This document shows positions 1-15,044 of a stretch of DNA of 64,000 nucleotides, piece after piece. Source of the stretch: Blastocystis sp. Blastoise. Its lineage: Eukaryota > Protista > Bigyra: Opalinata. The DNA is taken from the NCBI GenBank assembly GCA_039096225.1, contig JBBPEB010000011.1, forward strand, positions 806,001 through 870,000, given 5' to 3'. A program made the position numbers and the translations under genes. The notes beneath the pieces are model-generated. The model searched no databases. It worked only from the letters and a program-made list of their open reading frames with translations, and was not told where the DNA came from. The stretch's first letter is position 1; every line of letters starts with the position of its first letter.

Positions 1-243
1 TGTTCAAATTCATAATTATCTTTAAGACACTATTTATAGAATTTAATGTTCATCATTGATTTTCTTGAATAGTATCAATTGAACAAACTAACAATAAATA
101 TTCTAAAATGGGGTTTTTCGAGGAATCAGGAAAAAATACTGGATTCTGAATTGATTATCGTTGGATTCCCGTGAACATATTCGGAAACCAGACTCATGAT
201 AGAACAATCGTGTTTCAATTTATAATTGATTTGTTTGCGTCTA

Positions 244-2243
244 ATGAATAGTTTTTTGTTTATTTTGATATTCTTTCTGACATTAGCAAATTGTATGCCT
301 TATGTTTAAAATGTTTCTATTTTGATATAGCTCAGATTGCTTGTAAAGAAAATGAATATGTTGGTATTATTCAAAAGATATATACTGGCTATGCTGAGGA
401 TGAGTCTTATGAAATATGGAAAGGAGATAATAGTACTGGATCTCTTGTTTATTCATATCATGGTCAAAACAATGATACTTTAACGACTACAAGAGTTTTT
501 AAATGCTTTGAAGAAGCTCAATATACTATGATTCTGAAATCTGAGTAAGTTTTAATGAGTATTCTATAAAAAGTATATATCATTGTTAACATATAGTGAT
601 GGATATGGTTGGGGAACTTCATATAGTCCTTCTAGATTATCTGTGATCTATGGAGATACAGAACTTGTTCATGCTACAATTGATTGGAAATATAATAGTG
701 AACGTTATGAAAAAATTATTTCATTTACATGTATATACTATAATTTTAAAGAATATATATTTTGAATATTTTCGTGGAGTTATTATAATATGAAATAATG
801 ATATAAATAAATGTAATATATTTTATATAGTTCATGTTGATGTTCCTTTTGGTATACAAATAAAATATACAGATATACCCCAAGAAGGAAATGATTGGAA
901 GTTTCCTGATTATAATGATAGTGATTGGTTGGTTGCGACGAGTGGCCAATTACCTTCTGTCAATGTAACGACTCGTTATTACCGTTTATCTACGTTACTT
1001 CCTGAAAATACATATGCATTAACTTCTATTAATTATATTATACAAACAGATGGAGGTATTATTGTATATACTAATGGAAATGAAGTGTATAAATATAATA
1101 TGCCAATGTATATATTATTTTATTGTTATGTTTATTATTATGTTAACTATGTATATATAGTGGTATTATTAATTCAAAATGTTCAGCTATTCAAGAAACA
1201 CCAGAAGAAAATGAACTTAAAAGGTATTTTATTTATTTTATTTGTTTTGTTTTTATTTTATTTTTATTTTTATTTTGTTTTTATTTTATTTATTTATTTA
1301 TTTTATTTTATTTTATTTTATTTTATTTATTTTATTTTATTATATTTTATTTTATTTTATATATAATATATATATAGTTTTACAATATATAAAGGTTTTA
1401 TTCCATCCGTACAATTTGCTTCTAATGTTATTACTGCTATTGAAATACATGGATATATATCGAAAGATATTCATGAAAAATGTATATTATACATTATTTA
1501 TATATTATATTTTTATTATATATATATTATTATATATTATAGATATTGATATTGAAAGAACAGATATATTTGATATTAGTTTACAATGGATAACACTTGA
1601 AGATGGAGGTATTTTTTTATATTTATAAATTTTTTTATATTTGTTTATATACTATATATATTTATATATATATATATATAGAATGTACAAATAATCGTTT
1701 GTACGAAGGTACATTTGATTGTTCGGAACCCCCAAATCAACCTCTTAACGCTTGTAAACGTATTTATGATAATAGTGTGAAGAGTTATTATGAATCTGCT
1801 AGTGGTAAATCAGTAAATACAACGTATTATCTTCAAAATGGAAGGTATATAGAATATTATATTATATTATATTATAATATTTATTTATTTAATAATAATT
1901 ATTATTATACTAAACTGTTTATTCATAATAATTAATACATATATATATATACTATATAGAAGTGAATATATAAGTGAATATTTTATATCCGTGGGAGAAG
2001 GAAGTGGATATCCTACAGAATGGAATATATATGGTTCTAATGATAATGTTACTTGGGAACACTTAGATTATCAATTTAATATTACTTTAGAATTCTTAAG
2101 ACCAAATAGAACTATTCCTTTACGTAGTAATAAACGCAGTTATTCTATGTTTCGATTAGAAATATGTATATAAATTTATTATTATTTTTTGTATTTATTT
2201 TATTATTTATTTTATTTTTTATTCTTATTTTTTATTTTTTATT

Positions 2244-2274
<31 letters not shown>

Positions 2275-5200
2275 ATTATTTATTTTAATTTATTTTATTT
2301 TAACAAACCTATATATTTGTTAGTTTTATTAATAATTGTTCAAATATTATATAAATCATCAGTTTATGTTAATAATTCATAAGAATAATTTATTATTATA
2401 TTATTATATATATATAGTGAATGCCCTTCGTGATCAAGTAACATTAACATCATTTCAAGTACATATCTGTAATTATCCTCTAATTCCCGAGGGAATCGTA
2501 TACCCTATTACTGTCTATTCAGATTCTATATATCATAATACACTTACTATATCTCCAATAAGTTCTAATTTTAATCATTATACTATTTTGACATCTATTC
2601 CCACGGGAGTTTCAATAGACCCTGTAACAGGTGTTCTTAGTGGGAGACCCAGAAAAATAGAAACAATAGAAACAGTTATACAAGCTATTTATTTATATGA
2701 TGGAAGTAAAGTGAATACTACAATACTTTTTATGATATACGGTATACTTTTATATCAATTTATGTTACTATATATATTTATATATATATATTTTTTAATT
2801 TTTTCTTATTATTATGATTATTTTTATTTTTGCTTGTATGTTTCATTTATATTTTTTGTTATTATTATTATCATATTTTTTATTATTATTTATCATGATT
2901 ATCCATTATATATCAACATTTTAACTAACATATATATTTTCAATAAATATATATATATATTATTATTATATAGATTGTGAGCAGCCATTTAATTCATTAT
3001 TAGAATTTCGTAAAATAAATTATCTTTCTGCTGCTTGGGAACATTTTTATGTATATACATTAAGTGATGAATTAATATATACACATGATTTTATGGAAGA
3101 TAATACTGTTTTTGTATATACAATGTGTATTCCTTCAGATATATATAAAATAGTATTATTTGCAGATGTTAAAAAATCATGGGAAAAAGATTCAAAATTA
3201 ATAATAAAACAAGGTTGGAATTCAACTGAATTTTATACTCTTGTAGAAACTACATTAGGTGATTCTAAAAATGGTATAGAATATATAAATACAAAATTAT
3301 TAATTGATCCTCGTTCTAATTTATGGATTTATTTAACTGATGTTATTCCTAATAATTGGTATGATATTCCTTATAATGATAATTCATGGACTATAGCTGA
3401 TTATAATAAGCAAGAAGAAAATCATTCTTCTATTTGGCTATTACGCACTCATTTTTATATTGAAGATTTATCTATATATTCTTCATTTGAAATAAGATTA
3501 GGTATTCATTCAGGTTATGTTATTTATATTAATGGTCGTTATTATTATTCTCAATATTTATCATCTATACCCATTACTAATGAAACTAAAACTACACATA
3601 CTCGTTTTGATATTACAGAATGGTATTCCATCACAGGACCTGTAGAAGTTCTAAAAGAAGGTGAGATAAATCTTATTTCAGTAGGTATTATATATAACAA
3701 AGAAGATCTTCCTTCTATTATGGATTTTGATGGTACTCTTCAATTATATATGTATAGTAATTTTACTAGAGATTATTTAGCTACTTATAAAACAAATGAT
3801 TATAAATATGATGCTAGACCATTATTTGATCGTAAAATATCTTCTATATATCAATATCCTACTCTTTCTAATGAACCTTTATTTGTATATATTCATATGG
3901 ATTATAAACGTAATAATTATATTAATAAATATTGTATTACGAGTACTCAAAGTACTTCGGATTATGATCTTGCTTCTTGGACATTTTATGGTGTGGATAC
4001 TATGGAACAATATCATGTTTTACATGATGTTCAATCTACTACTTTTATAACTAGAAATCAAATTCGTTGTTTTTATTTACCATTTAATACTATTCCTTAT
4101 AAAGATTATAAATTTGTATTTAATAAACCATTATTAACTTCTATTCGAGATAGTCATCTTTCTATTGCTGAAATTTCATTATTAGTTGAAAATAAATTTA
4201 GTCTTATAATACCACCATTTTATGTTACACCTACACATATTTCTACTTTTATAAATACACCTTTTAATCCTATTACTATTTCTTCTCCTTATTATACTTC
4301 ATTTTCTATATCTCCTTCTCTTCCTATGCCACTTATATTAGATGATACAAATGGTAATATACTTGGTATTCCTATATCTTCTTTTACTTCTACTCAATAT
4401 ATACTTTCTGCTATTAGTTTCTTAGGATTTAATGTTTCTGAAGCTATTACTATTAGTGTTCAACCGTGTATACATGATTTTGTATCTATATCTATTTATA
4501 TGGAAGGAGGAAAATATGCATCAGATCAAGGTTTTATATTAAGAAATAATGAAAGTAAAATCTATTATACTCAAGAAAATATTGCTCATTATTCTAAACA
4601 TAAATATACTTATTGTATACCTATTGATACTTATGAATTTGTTATATATAGTAAAAATAAACATGGATGGGATCAATCTTATTTTTCTATATATTTAAAT
4701 GATAAAGCATTATTATTAGAAGGTTCTTTAGAAGAATCAAATAATAATAAATCTTATATATTAAATTTAAATTATATATTATTTCCTAATGATAGTCAAA
4801 CAAGATATATTCAACCAAATGAAGAAATGCCATCCAATTGGATTCAACCTTCGTACAATGACGCATCTTGGATACCTGTTCAAATGGATTCATTACCTTC
4901 TCCTATTCGTTCTACTTTATATTTACGTAATACTATATTATTATCTTCTGAATATATATCTTATATATTAACAATACGTTCTAGAATAGGAATAATAGCA
5001 TATTGGGATGGAAATGAAATAATTCGTGAAAATATTAAAACTCCAAGTAATATATATACTTCTGCTACTACTTTATTTGAGACTATTCAAGATTATTATC
5101 AATCTATAATAATATCTGAAGAAGATGGAAAACAACAATTTCATACGTTAGCTATAGAAATACATCCTTATATAATAGTAGAAATAATACCCTCTTTTGA

Positions 5201-6269
5201 TTGTACATTATTACCTGTTATTAATAATATGATTCTTTCTATTCATGGAGAACCATCTTCAGATATTTTAAATGAAAATACAATTGATTTCTTAGTTGAT
5301 AATAATTATAATACTATATATAGATCAGGACCTAGATGTATTGGTACTATTTATACATATACTTATCCTAGACATTCAAAATATCTTATTAATAATTATT
5401 CATTATCTACTAGTCTATATTGTAATACACAAAATCCTTCAGGATGGTTATTTGAAGCTTCAAATGATAATATTACATGGATTTTATTAGATTCACGAGA
5501 GAATATATTATTTACTACTCAGAATGAAACAAAACAATTTATATTTGCTAATACACAAGCTTATAATATATATAGATTAACTGTGACTGAATGTAATAAT
5601 AAACATTTAATAAGTAATGAATTAGATGAAGATTGTTATTATAAACGAACACAAGAACAAGGATCTCAACTTGCTGATTTTAGCTTAAGTTATCTGAATA
5701 AAGAATTATCTTGTCAACCTATTGATGGTTATAATGGCGCTTATGAAAATACATATAGTTATAAACAATGTAATAAGAATTATATGGGTAGATATCAACG
5801 ATTATGTATTAATAATACTTTAAGTATTGAAGAAGATTATTGTATTAATCAACCTTTACAAGAATTTTATTATACTTCTGATTTTTATGAAGGATTTATT
5901 GATGAATATATTACTATTACTCCTACTATTATTGGTGTTAATTATACATGTACTTGTACTCCTTCTCTTCCTTTATCTCTAACTTTAGATACATCTACTG
6001 GTATTATTAGTGGATTCTTTAAAGAAACTATAAATAATACGAATTATTTAATTACTTGTTCTAATAGTAAGAATTCTCTTCATACAATTATTCAAATACA
6101 TTCCATACAAAATGCATCTACATCCATAATTACATGGATTATTGTAAGTATTTTATGTATGGCTTTATGTGTACTCATTTCATTTGTATTTATATTTATA
6201 CTTCATCAATATCGTAAAAAACAACAACAACAAGATGAAATTCCTGTTTTATCCTTCCCAGATGCATAA
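244..6269 (+). CDS. Large multi-exon type I membrane/surface protein with signal peptide, repeated discoidin (F5/8C)/galactose-binding-like and Ig-like (He_PIG-type) segments, and a C-terminal TM helix
   Basis: ATG at 244 opens a hydrophobic MNSFLFILIFFLTLA. GT-AG introns join the ORF-track fragments in frame. Motifs PTEWNIYGSNDNVTWEHLD and PSGWLFEASNDNITWILLD (discoidin-like), and IPTGVSIDPVTGVLSG and LPLSLTLDTSTGIISG (He_PIG-like). TM segment IITWIIVSILCMALCVLISFVFIFIL followed by RKK; TAA ends at 6269. Confidence 0.8.
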
Positions 6270-6549
6270 ATGTCGTTTATTTTATTGAATATTTATAAAA
6301 ACAATTACAAATATCTTACTTGTCATTTTTATATCAATTCTTATTCATTATTCACATGATTTATCCATCACTTTTATTTAAATAGGGAGTGATGCTTATT
6401 TTTTTTTATTATTGCTTTTATATTAAATTGTTTTGTTATTATTATAATTCTTTAAAGTATCTTAGATGACTTGAGAAGTTTATATATATCTTTATTTAAC
6501 AAAATTGACAAATATTTTCTAAAAACTTAAATTCTAATAAAAAAATTAC

Positions 6550-7622
6550 GAGAAGTTGATTAGGGTCGTCCATTTTATCTATTTTGCCGTTAGGGGTTGT
6601 CCGCGGACAACCTGCGTCACGCACGATTTTCTTGTTCATCCAATTATTCTCTTATTTTTCATACTATTTTTCAAAATAAATATTTAGGGGTTGTCCACAA
6701 TATTATTTTATTATTTTATGTTATTTTCAATACTATGGCATTTATTCTATTAATTCAGGATAGACATAGCTTAGAAGAACTTCTTAAATAATGTGTAGGC
6801 ATCGAAATCAGCATACATTGCACAAATGAACACAATTCTGTAAATACAATAATGATTTTTCCGTTAGAATTCGTTTAACAATACACAACTATTCTCTTGT
6901 CACGATTAAGAATATCTTAAAGGTATTTATAAGTCTAATTAAGAATTTTATTCATAATGCGGTATTACAATTCGTTTTAAGCATAATTCAATTGCAATAG
7001 TAGTTACAAAATATTTTTGAAAGTGATTATCATTAACTAAATATTTATAATAAGATAATTGTGATTTATAGGATTCTCACCTATTATACAAATATGTTTG
7101 CTATGACTATATCACTTGCCCTAACTGACTTTAAAAATGATTTTTGTTTGATTTTATATTATGTTATTACAGGTATAAAAAGAAAATAATTTAAAAAATA
7201 ATTGTTTTCTGTTTTATTGTTTTTTATAACATATTTAGAGTAATACACATCATTTTAAACTTAGATAAGTTAATAAATGGTTGAGCATATAAAATAGACT
7301 TTTATCTTTTATTTAATTGAATGGCAATGCCGTAATTTGCTGGTCATTGACGGTTAGTCTTATTATTTTTGCATTCTGCTCAAAGAATATATTACTCTTA
7401 CAAAATATATATCCTGAATTAATAGAATAAATGCCATAGTATTGAAAATAACATAAAATAATAAAATAATATTGTGGACAACCCCTAAATATTTATTTTG
7501 AAAAATAGTATGAAAAATAAGAGAATAATTGGATGAACAAGAAAATCGTGCGTGACGCAGGTTGTCCGCGGACAACCCCTAACGGCAAAATAGATAAAAT
7601 GGACGACCCTAATCAACTTCTC
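6550..7622. mobile_element. Non-autonomous Mutator-like (MULE) element, 1073 bp, 213-bp TIRs, 9-bp TSD AAAAATTAC
   Basis: 6550-6762 is the reverse complement of 7410-7622 (hence the twin ORFs 6597+ and 7575-). AAAAATTAC lies at 6541-6549 and 7623-7631. Long TIRs starting GAG plus a 9-bp TSD are typical of MULEs. No transposase inside. Confidence 0.9.
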
Positions 7623-7666
7623 AAAAATTACATGAATAAAAATATTTTTAGCATTATTTGTTGAAA

Positions 7667-9559
7667 ATGGTGAAAGAAAAGGTATTGTTTGATATCGATA
7701 AGTTCAATAGGTTGAAAGAAGATATTGGTGTATATGAGGAATTGATGAAAGATGTCACGAGTGTTTTTGCATCAGTAATGAATCTTGGTATACATTCTGG
7801 AATATCGATTAATAGAATTATTAAACATATTAGTGATGATTGTATTGAAAAGGAAGCTCAAGATTATTCATTTGAAAAGAAATCTGTTAATGAAAGTAGA
7901 AATAATGTAGATATGAATACTGATGATGCTTATGATGATGATGATGATATTGATGATGATATTGATTTAATTCGATTTACAAGTGATGGTCCAGTTTTTG
8001 AAATATCGAAATCTATTTTAGATTCTTTAAAAGGTTCTTATATTGATGATCAACGTGATGAGAAGTGTAGAACAAATGATGGAACTATATATCTTGATTA
8101 TACTGGAAATGGAGTTTATGTTTATTATTTATTAGATTATTTGAGTGGAAAGAAAATAGATTTTGATCAATTTTCATTTGAAGAACAATTAGATTTATTG
8201 AATTTATTCGAATTTTGTGGTTTAGTGATTCCTTTTGAATTACTTGATTGTAGAGAGAAACGAGATACAAAAAAAAATAAATATAAGAAAGAAGATGAAG
8301 TAGAATTGATTATTAATGGAAATAAGAATGATATCCTTAAGGAATATTTAGTAAAGAATGGATTATGGAATAATTATGTGAATAAATATAGTAATAAATT
8401 TGTTAAATATAATTCTAGGAAGAATAGTATATATATGGATAAGAAATATGAATATATTGATTATATTAATGAATATGTGAAGAATGGATATATAGATATA
8501 AGTGATAATATAATTCATATTAATAAAGAAATATTAGAAAGAGAATTAATAGACTTATTTGGTAATCAAGGAAAAGAAATAGTTAGAAATGGAATGATGT
8601 CATTCAAATATTTTAAAGGTACAAAAATCTTGGAAAATCCTTCTATGGAATCTTCTTTAGTCAATTGGCTTGGTAAACGAAAAACTTGGAAATTATTATT
8701 TAGGTATATATTATGTTTATTTTTATTGATTTTGTTTATTTTATTGAGTTGTGTTTGTTTATTTTATTGAGTTTTGTTTACTTTATTGAGTTTTGTTTAT
8801 TTATTTTATTGAGTTTTGTTTATTTTATTTTATTGGGTTTTGTTTATTTATATTTTATTGGATTTGTTTATTTATTATCTATTTATTATATATTATATTT
8901 ATTACATTTATTGTATTTATTATATTAATAATATTTATTATATTTATTATATTAATAATATTTTGTATATTATTATTATTGCATATAATATATAGAGCAA
9001 GTGAGCATGAATATAAAGTGAGTGAATTCCATAGATATTGTGATGATGAAGGAGAAACAGTAACTATAATTAAACATATAGGTCATAATAATCATGTGAA
9101 TATATTTGGAGGATATACTGATCAAGATTGGGATAGTAATAGTGGTATATATATTATTTATATATATTATTTATATATATTATTTATATATATTATTATA
9201 TATACTATTTATATAAATTATTTACATATACAAAAATTTATATAGGTTGGAAAGAATATTCTAAAGAATTTCTATTTACTTTAAGTAATGAACATGATAT
9301 TCCTCCTACTAAATATAATTATGTTGATGATGATACAAGTAAAGGTATAAAATGTTATAGTTATTATGGTCCTGATTTTATGGGTGATGATATAGAAATA
9401 TTAGATGATTGTCATAATAATATGAAATCGAATTGTAGAGCTCATTATTCCTCTATGGTAAATAGCTTAGATCAATATTCATTATTAGTCAATACTAATG
9501 AGTATAATAGACGTAATTATTTTATTGTTGAAGATTATGAAGTTTGGGGAAGAGCTTAA
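7667..9559 (+). CDS. BTB/POZ-like plus C-terminal TLDc domain protein (3 exons; the start may lie further upstream)
   Basis: Spliced WKLLFR|ASEHEYKVSEFHRYCDDEGETVTIIK...IFGGYT..W...FLFTL...YGPDF...VEDYEVW matches the TLDc pattern. A KCTD-like segment (FEISKSILD...IYLD...YLLDYLSG) is N-terminal. TAA at 9557-9559. Confidence 0.85.
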
Positions 9560-9943
9560 TTTATATATCTATTTTTGTTTTTAATTTAATTCTTATTTAT
9601 TGTTGTTAATTTATATATATATATTCATATATTTATATTATAGTTTTTTTATAGTTTTCAATATTTCTTAAATACTAAAAAAATATTATTTGTTTACTAT
9701 TTTTCTATAATATATATATAGATATCATTTATTACTTTTGTTTATATATATTTGTTTTGTACATTATTTTGTTTTTACAATTAATTACATATAAACAAAA
9801 TAAACAGTATATAAAGTAAATTTAAATAATAATTCAAAAATTAGCAATATATATATATATATATTATATGAGAAATGAATACAATAAAAGTTAAAAATGA
9901 AAAAGTATAACAATTAAATTTTTAAAAAATATAAAAAGATAAA

Positions 9944-12900
9944 TTACTTCCAATCTTTTTCTCGTTTTTTATATTGAATATCTAAATTAGGGTTTAATCT
10001 AGTAGAATAATCTTTTAATTCTTGTTTATAGTGATCACTTAAGCCTTTGTAAGAAACTATATAATATATATATACTTAATATTGTTAATAATATACAATC
10101 AATCTCTATCAGTAATTGTTTTAAATTAGGAAAGGAATTCTTAATAATTAAATCCATAAATTTGTATTCATTATTATCATTATTAATATCTATAGACATT
10201 ATTTTAAAATAAGAAGTTTTATTATTATATACATAATCTTAATCGTTGAATATTCTTTGCATAATCCAATTGTAATTGATTATATATATAATCACAATAT
10301 TCAAAGAAATCATTATCTGTATCAAAAAATTCATAATACATTTCTATACTACGAATTGGTTTATTGAAATTAAAAGCAATCGAAGGAAATACGTTGAATA
10401 AATCGATTTTAGTATTTTCTATATATAATAATGATAAATAAAGAAAAATGGCAAGAAGAGAAGAAATTATATATATATTACTAAAAGAATCTATGTAACA
10501 AAATTGCTGTAAAGAAGGAAGTGAAATAGAAGAACAATTGTGAATTATTTTGAAAGCTAAACTAAGGTATTTTGTAGATAAATAATGTCCATCTATAGTA
10601 TATTATGTTATCATTAATAATAAAATATATATATATATACTGAATAATAATTCATTATTTAAAAAGATTGATTTAAGATGGATTAATTTCTTCTTATTTA
10701 TTAAATTATTTATTTTATTTATTACTTCATCAGGATATATTCCATTTCCATGCTCTATATATATTATATATTATATATTATATATTATATATTATATATT
10801 ATATATTATATATTATATATTATATATTATATATTATATATTATATATTATATATTATAATAAAGTCAATACGAAAATCTATAGTAATCTCACGTAAATT
10901 GGTCCATAAAGGAAGTTCTTCGAAACCGTCACATAATGATAAATAATTCAATAGGAATAAAGCTAAAGATACATTTATATATATTCTTCTATATATTTAT
11001 ATACGTATATATATTTTTTCGATTTTGTCGGAAAACAAAGAGAAGAAGTGATAAATAATTCCTTTTGTTTCTGTAAACTGTGTATCCTCAATAATATTGA
11101 CTTTTTCATTGAATGACCACTGACTTTCTATAATAATAATATTATATTAAAAAATAATAATATATTCTTACCAATATTTATTATCTTAGTTTCTTTGAAA
11201 TCTAAACCACATAAAAGCGAGAAATTGCCATTTAAAAATGTATAAGGATCTTCCAGACAACGAGGGTCCACTAAAATAGTAAATGAAATAGTTTTAAAAA
11301 CGATAATATATATAGTATATACATTCAATCTTAACTTCTTGTACAGGTGTATGAGTAGTTTTATTAAAGATAATATATATAATATATTATTTTGTTATTT
11401 TTTCATATATATATATATATATATATATAAGGATATTTTAGAAAGTTAGGAAGATCAAAATCTGAATCATTATCAAAAACACCATGTTCATTGTCCACTA
11501 TAGAGAACATAAATAAAAAAAAGTAAATATATATATATATATATATACATTTAAAGTAAATAGTATTTATATCCATAATTTCAGCATCAATTAATTGTTT
11601 CCATGATAAACTGCAATCAGATACACTAAAATTACCTATATAGAAATGTATTAATATAATTATTTTCATCAATTATTAATTATAATTAATATCAATGTAT
11701 ATAAATATACTTCTAATCTTAAAGGGATGATACTGGTGAACTTGCATAAATCTATTCATAAGTTTTTCGTTAAAACAAACATATTTATTGGACTCATTAT
11801 AATTGAATTGTATTAGATCTACCAATTCAATAAGAGAAATAGGAAATAATTCGTAAATAATATCCTTATTTTCCTTTAAATAACCACTAGAGTCATATAT
11901 ATCATATGAAGATAACTTAGGGAAATTATTACGAGTAATTAAAGAAAGAATAACAGACGTAAGTAACAGATCAGTTAGACCCAAGTGTGTTACTATAATA
12001 GATATATATATATATATATTAGAAATTATAATGAAAAATTTGTTGATATAAATATACCATTAATTTTTATAGTAGTTATATTTGAAAAAACATGTTCTTC
12101 AAAAATAGATTTGAACAATAACATCTCATCTTTAGTTAAATTTAAAGAAATTACTATATATATAAATAATCTATGAAAATAATGATATATACAATTTCTT
12201 AAATCTAAAATTTGAATATTATCAAATAATCCATCTTGTAATGCGTTTATATATGGTTGGATACTAGTTTGTAATAATATTGTACTACAATCTATATATA
12301 ATGATAACTATATACTTATATATACATACTATCTAGTGGGTTAGCTTTTAATTGCTTTACAATAGGTGAATTAAACATATATATATCTATTTCAGGAGGA
12401 TAATCCAAAAAATGAATAACTCTAAAAAAAAGATAAATATATTTTATTATTATTATATATATATATTGATTGTTAATATTATTTTCATCAAATAGTATAT
12501 ACCTTAGGTTTGGATGTAAGATATCAAGTTCTATAATAATATATAATAATATATAATAATATATAATAATATATAATAATATATAATAATATATAATAAT
12601 ATATAATAATATAAATAATAATATAAATAATAATATATAATAATATATAAATATATATAATAATATATAATAATATATAATAATATATAATAATATATAA
12701 TAATATATAATAATATATAATAATATATAATAATATATAATAATATATAATAATATATAAAAAAAATAATTTAAAACATTAATATATACTTCCATCTCCA
12801 TCTTTATAAGAAAAAATGAATCTACTTTGATTTTTTCTGGAATAAAATAAATCATCATTATCTTCTAATTTTATCTTTTTTTTCATTAAATTCAGAAAAA

Positions 12901-14100
12901 TACTCAAGATTTGATTGCACATACAAAACAGGTTTATCTTCTTCTTTCATAGAATTGATTTCTTCATCAATATCTATATCTATAATTTCATGATGAATAA
13001 CGTCTTCTTCTTTATCATCCTTCTTAGTATCATTCGATGAGGATAAAAATATTTTATTCAAGATTCTACCACTTCTGATAGGATGTCGACGTACATGTGC
13101 TTCAAAAGCTTCAGGATAATATTTTTCATAATATTTTCGTTTATATTCTTCATATAAAGAATCATAATGAAGACTAGCAGGAGTGACTCGAGTCTCTGTC
13201 CTTTGATAATATTCAGCTATAAACAAATAATATAAATAGTATTATTATTATATATATAATTATTATTATAAAATTATTGAATACTATCTATATACCATTT
13301 ATTTCATAAGTTTCCAATTTAGTAAATATTTCATATAAATTAGATGGATATATACATTCATAAGGAATACTCTGAGAGAACTCATCTAAAAGTGTAATAC
13401 TATATTAAATAAGTGAATATACAAGTCATAGTAACTTCGACAACATTAAAAAAGTCAAATAAGAAAGAAGTTTGAAGGAATATTTTATTTCTTTCTTCAG
13501 TGAAAACACCTAACATATATATATATATAAATTTAAAAAATGATACTGGCATACCATAAATGACCATTTTACGTTTTTTGTCTGTGTTATATAGACAGTC
13601 ATGATCAGTGTCTTTAGAATCATAATCCCTTTAAAAAAAATAGTAAGATACAAAATTTATAAAATATACAATTTGCAGTTATTTTCTTTCATAAAGATCA
13701 TGAACGAATCTACAAAGAATTTCTCCATTGTTAATTGATATTCAGTATATTCGTTGCCAAAATAAAACAGTAGTGTATCATAAATATTTACTACATCATC
13801 TAATGAGCAAGATTCGATTAGATAAGAACCATTCATGTATTCTATTGCTTTCATGAGACACATAGATGGCGAATCTATATAGTAAGCATTTTCATTATTT
13901 ATAAAATTTTCAGGATTTTCCATTATTAGAGATAAATGTGATTTTGGAAATCTTTTCAAAAAGGCTAGTGGCACACATATTCTCTTTTCATCTTGGAAGA
14001 TAAAATTAACGCTTGGTTGTTGTGATTCATTTTGCTCTATAACACATCGAACAGAACGTTCTTTTTGGAAAATGGGAGCGTTTTCCTTAGTTTCTGACAT
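9944..14100 (-). CDS. Multi-exon protein with N-terminal KCTD-type BTB/POZ-like domain; remainder of unknown function; includes one AT-AC intron
   Basis: Exon 1 reads VNFIFQDEKRICVPLAFLKRFPKSHL...YYIDSP...IEYMNG (BTB/T1-like). Most downstream junctions were checked and splice in frame to TAA at 9944-9946. Confidence 0.65.
11358..11436 (-). other. U12-type AT-AC intron in the BTB-domain gene
   Basis: 5' ATATCCTT, branch-like TCTTTAAT, 3' AAAAC. Removal keeps the frame consistent with both flanking GT-AG junctions. Confidence 0.75.
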
Positions 14101-15044
14101 ATTGGTGTACTAAAACGAAATTCTACAAATAGTTATAATAAGAAGTATCAAAATTTATATTATGATAAATAAAATAAATTTAAATATATGTTGATACATA
14201 TTATTCATAAATAACTAGTTAAAAAAACTAGTTAAAAGATTGTGAAATGGAGAAACATCAAGAACCTTCTAAAAAAGCAGAGAAAGAATAACTAGATTTT
14301 TCTAGTAAAGATTTCTTGATAAGACCTTTTCTATAGTATGCTGACTATAACTATTTATCAGGAACATTTTGTGAGCATAGAAATAGATTTTGAAGAGAAG
14401 AAAACGACTTGGTTGTCTTGATTGACGGTAATTAATTCACAGAAAAACGGATTAACTGCTTTATAATAATGATCAGCATAGCTTTTAGATAGTTAATATC
14501 AATAATATCCAGTTTCAATCTTTTTAAAACAAATTCACAACTTTTTCTTAGTAAGAAATTACAATATAATGTTTATTCAATGGTTGTTCATAAAATCCAA
14601 TTTCCTATTCATGCATAGAAAGTTTCTTAAGGAAAGAAGCGAATGATCATGATTTGCTATCTTTTAAGTAACTATTATAGATCAAATTAATCAATTCCAA
14701 ATTAAAGCATAGAACTATTTTATTCAGTTGTATATTCAATGTGCAACTAAGTTGATCATCTTATTGTTTTTTTTTACGTGAATTTTATAAAGAAATTGAA
14801 TGCCAGCAAATATGTATTTTGTAGATACAAAATCATCCTATAAGATTTACGTTTTTATTTAATTGATGATCATCACTTACGACTTTATTTTAAAAGAACC
14901 GCTTTTAATATTACACTTTTATTATTTAATCTATTTTAACATTGAATTTTATATATAGAGCATTAAAACATTAGTAATATAAACAAATTTGAACATCTAA
15001 ACAGAATAATTGAAGAAGTTTCTTTATTAAATATCAATGTCTAT

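Noticed and set aside
6597-7575. Duplicated small protein MSADNLRHARF on both strands; likewise ORF 20012-20203
   Set aside because: Chance ORFs within transposon TIRs.
8331-8338. Additional ATATCCTT resembling a U12 donor
   Set aside because: It lies within an uninterrupted coding exon (DILK) that needs no intron.
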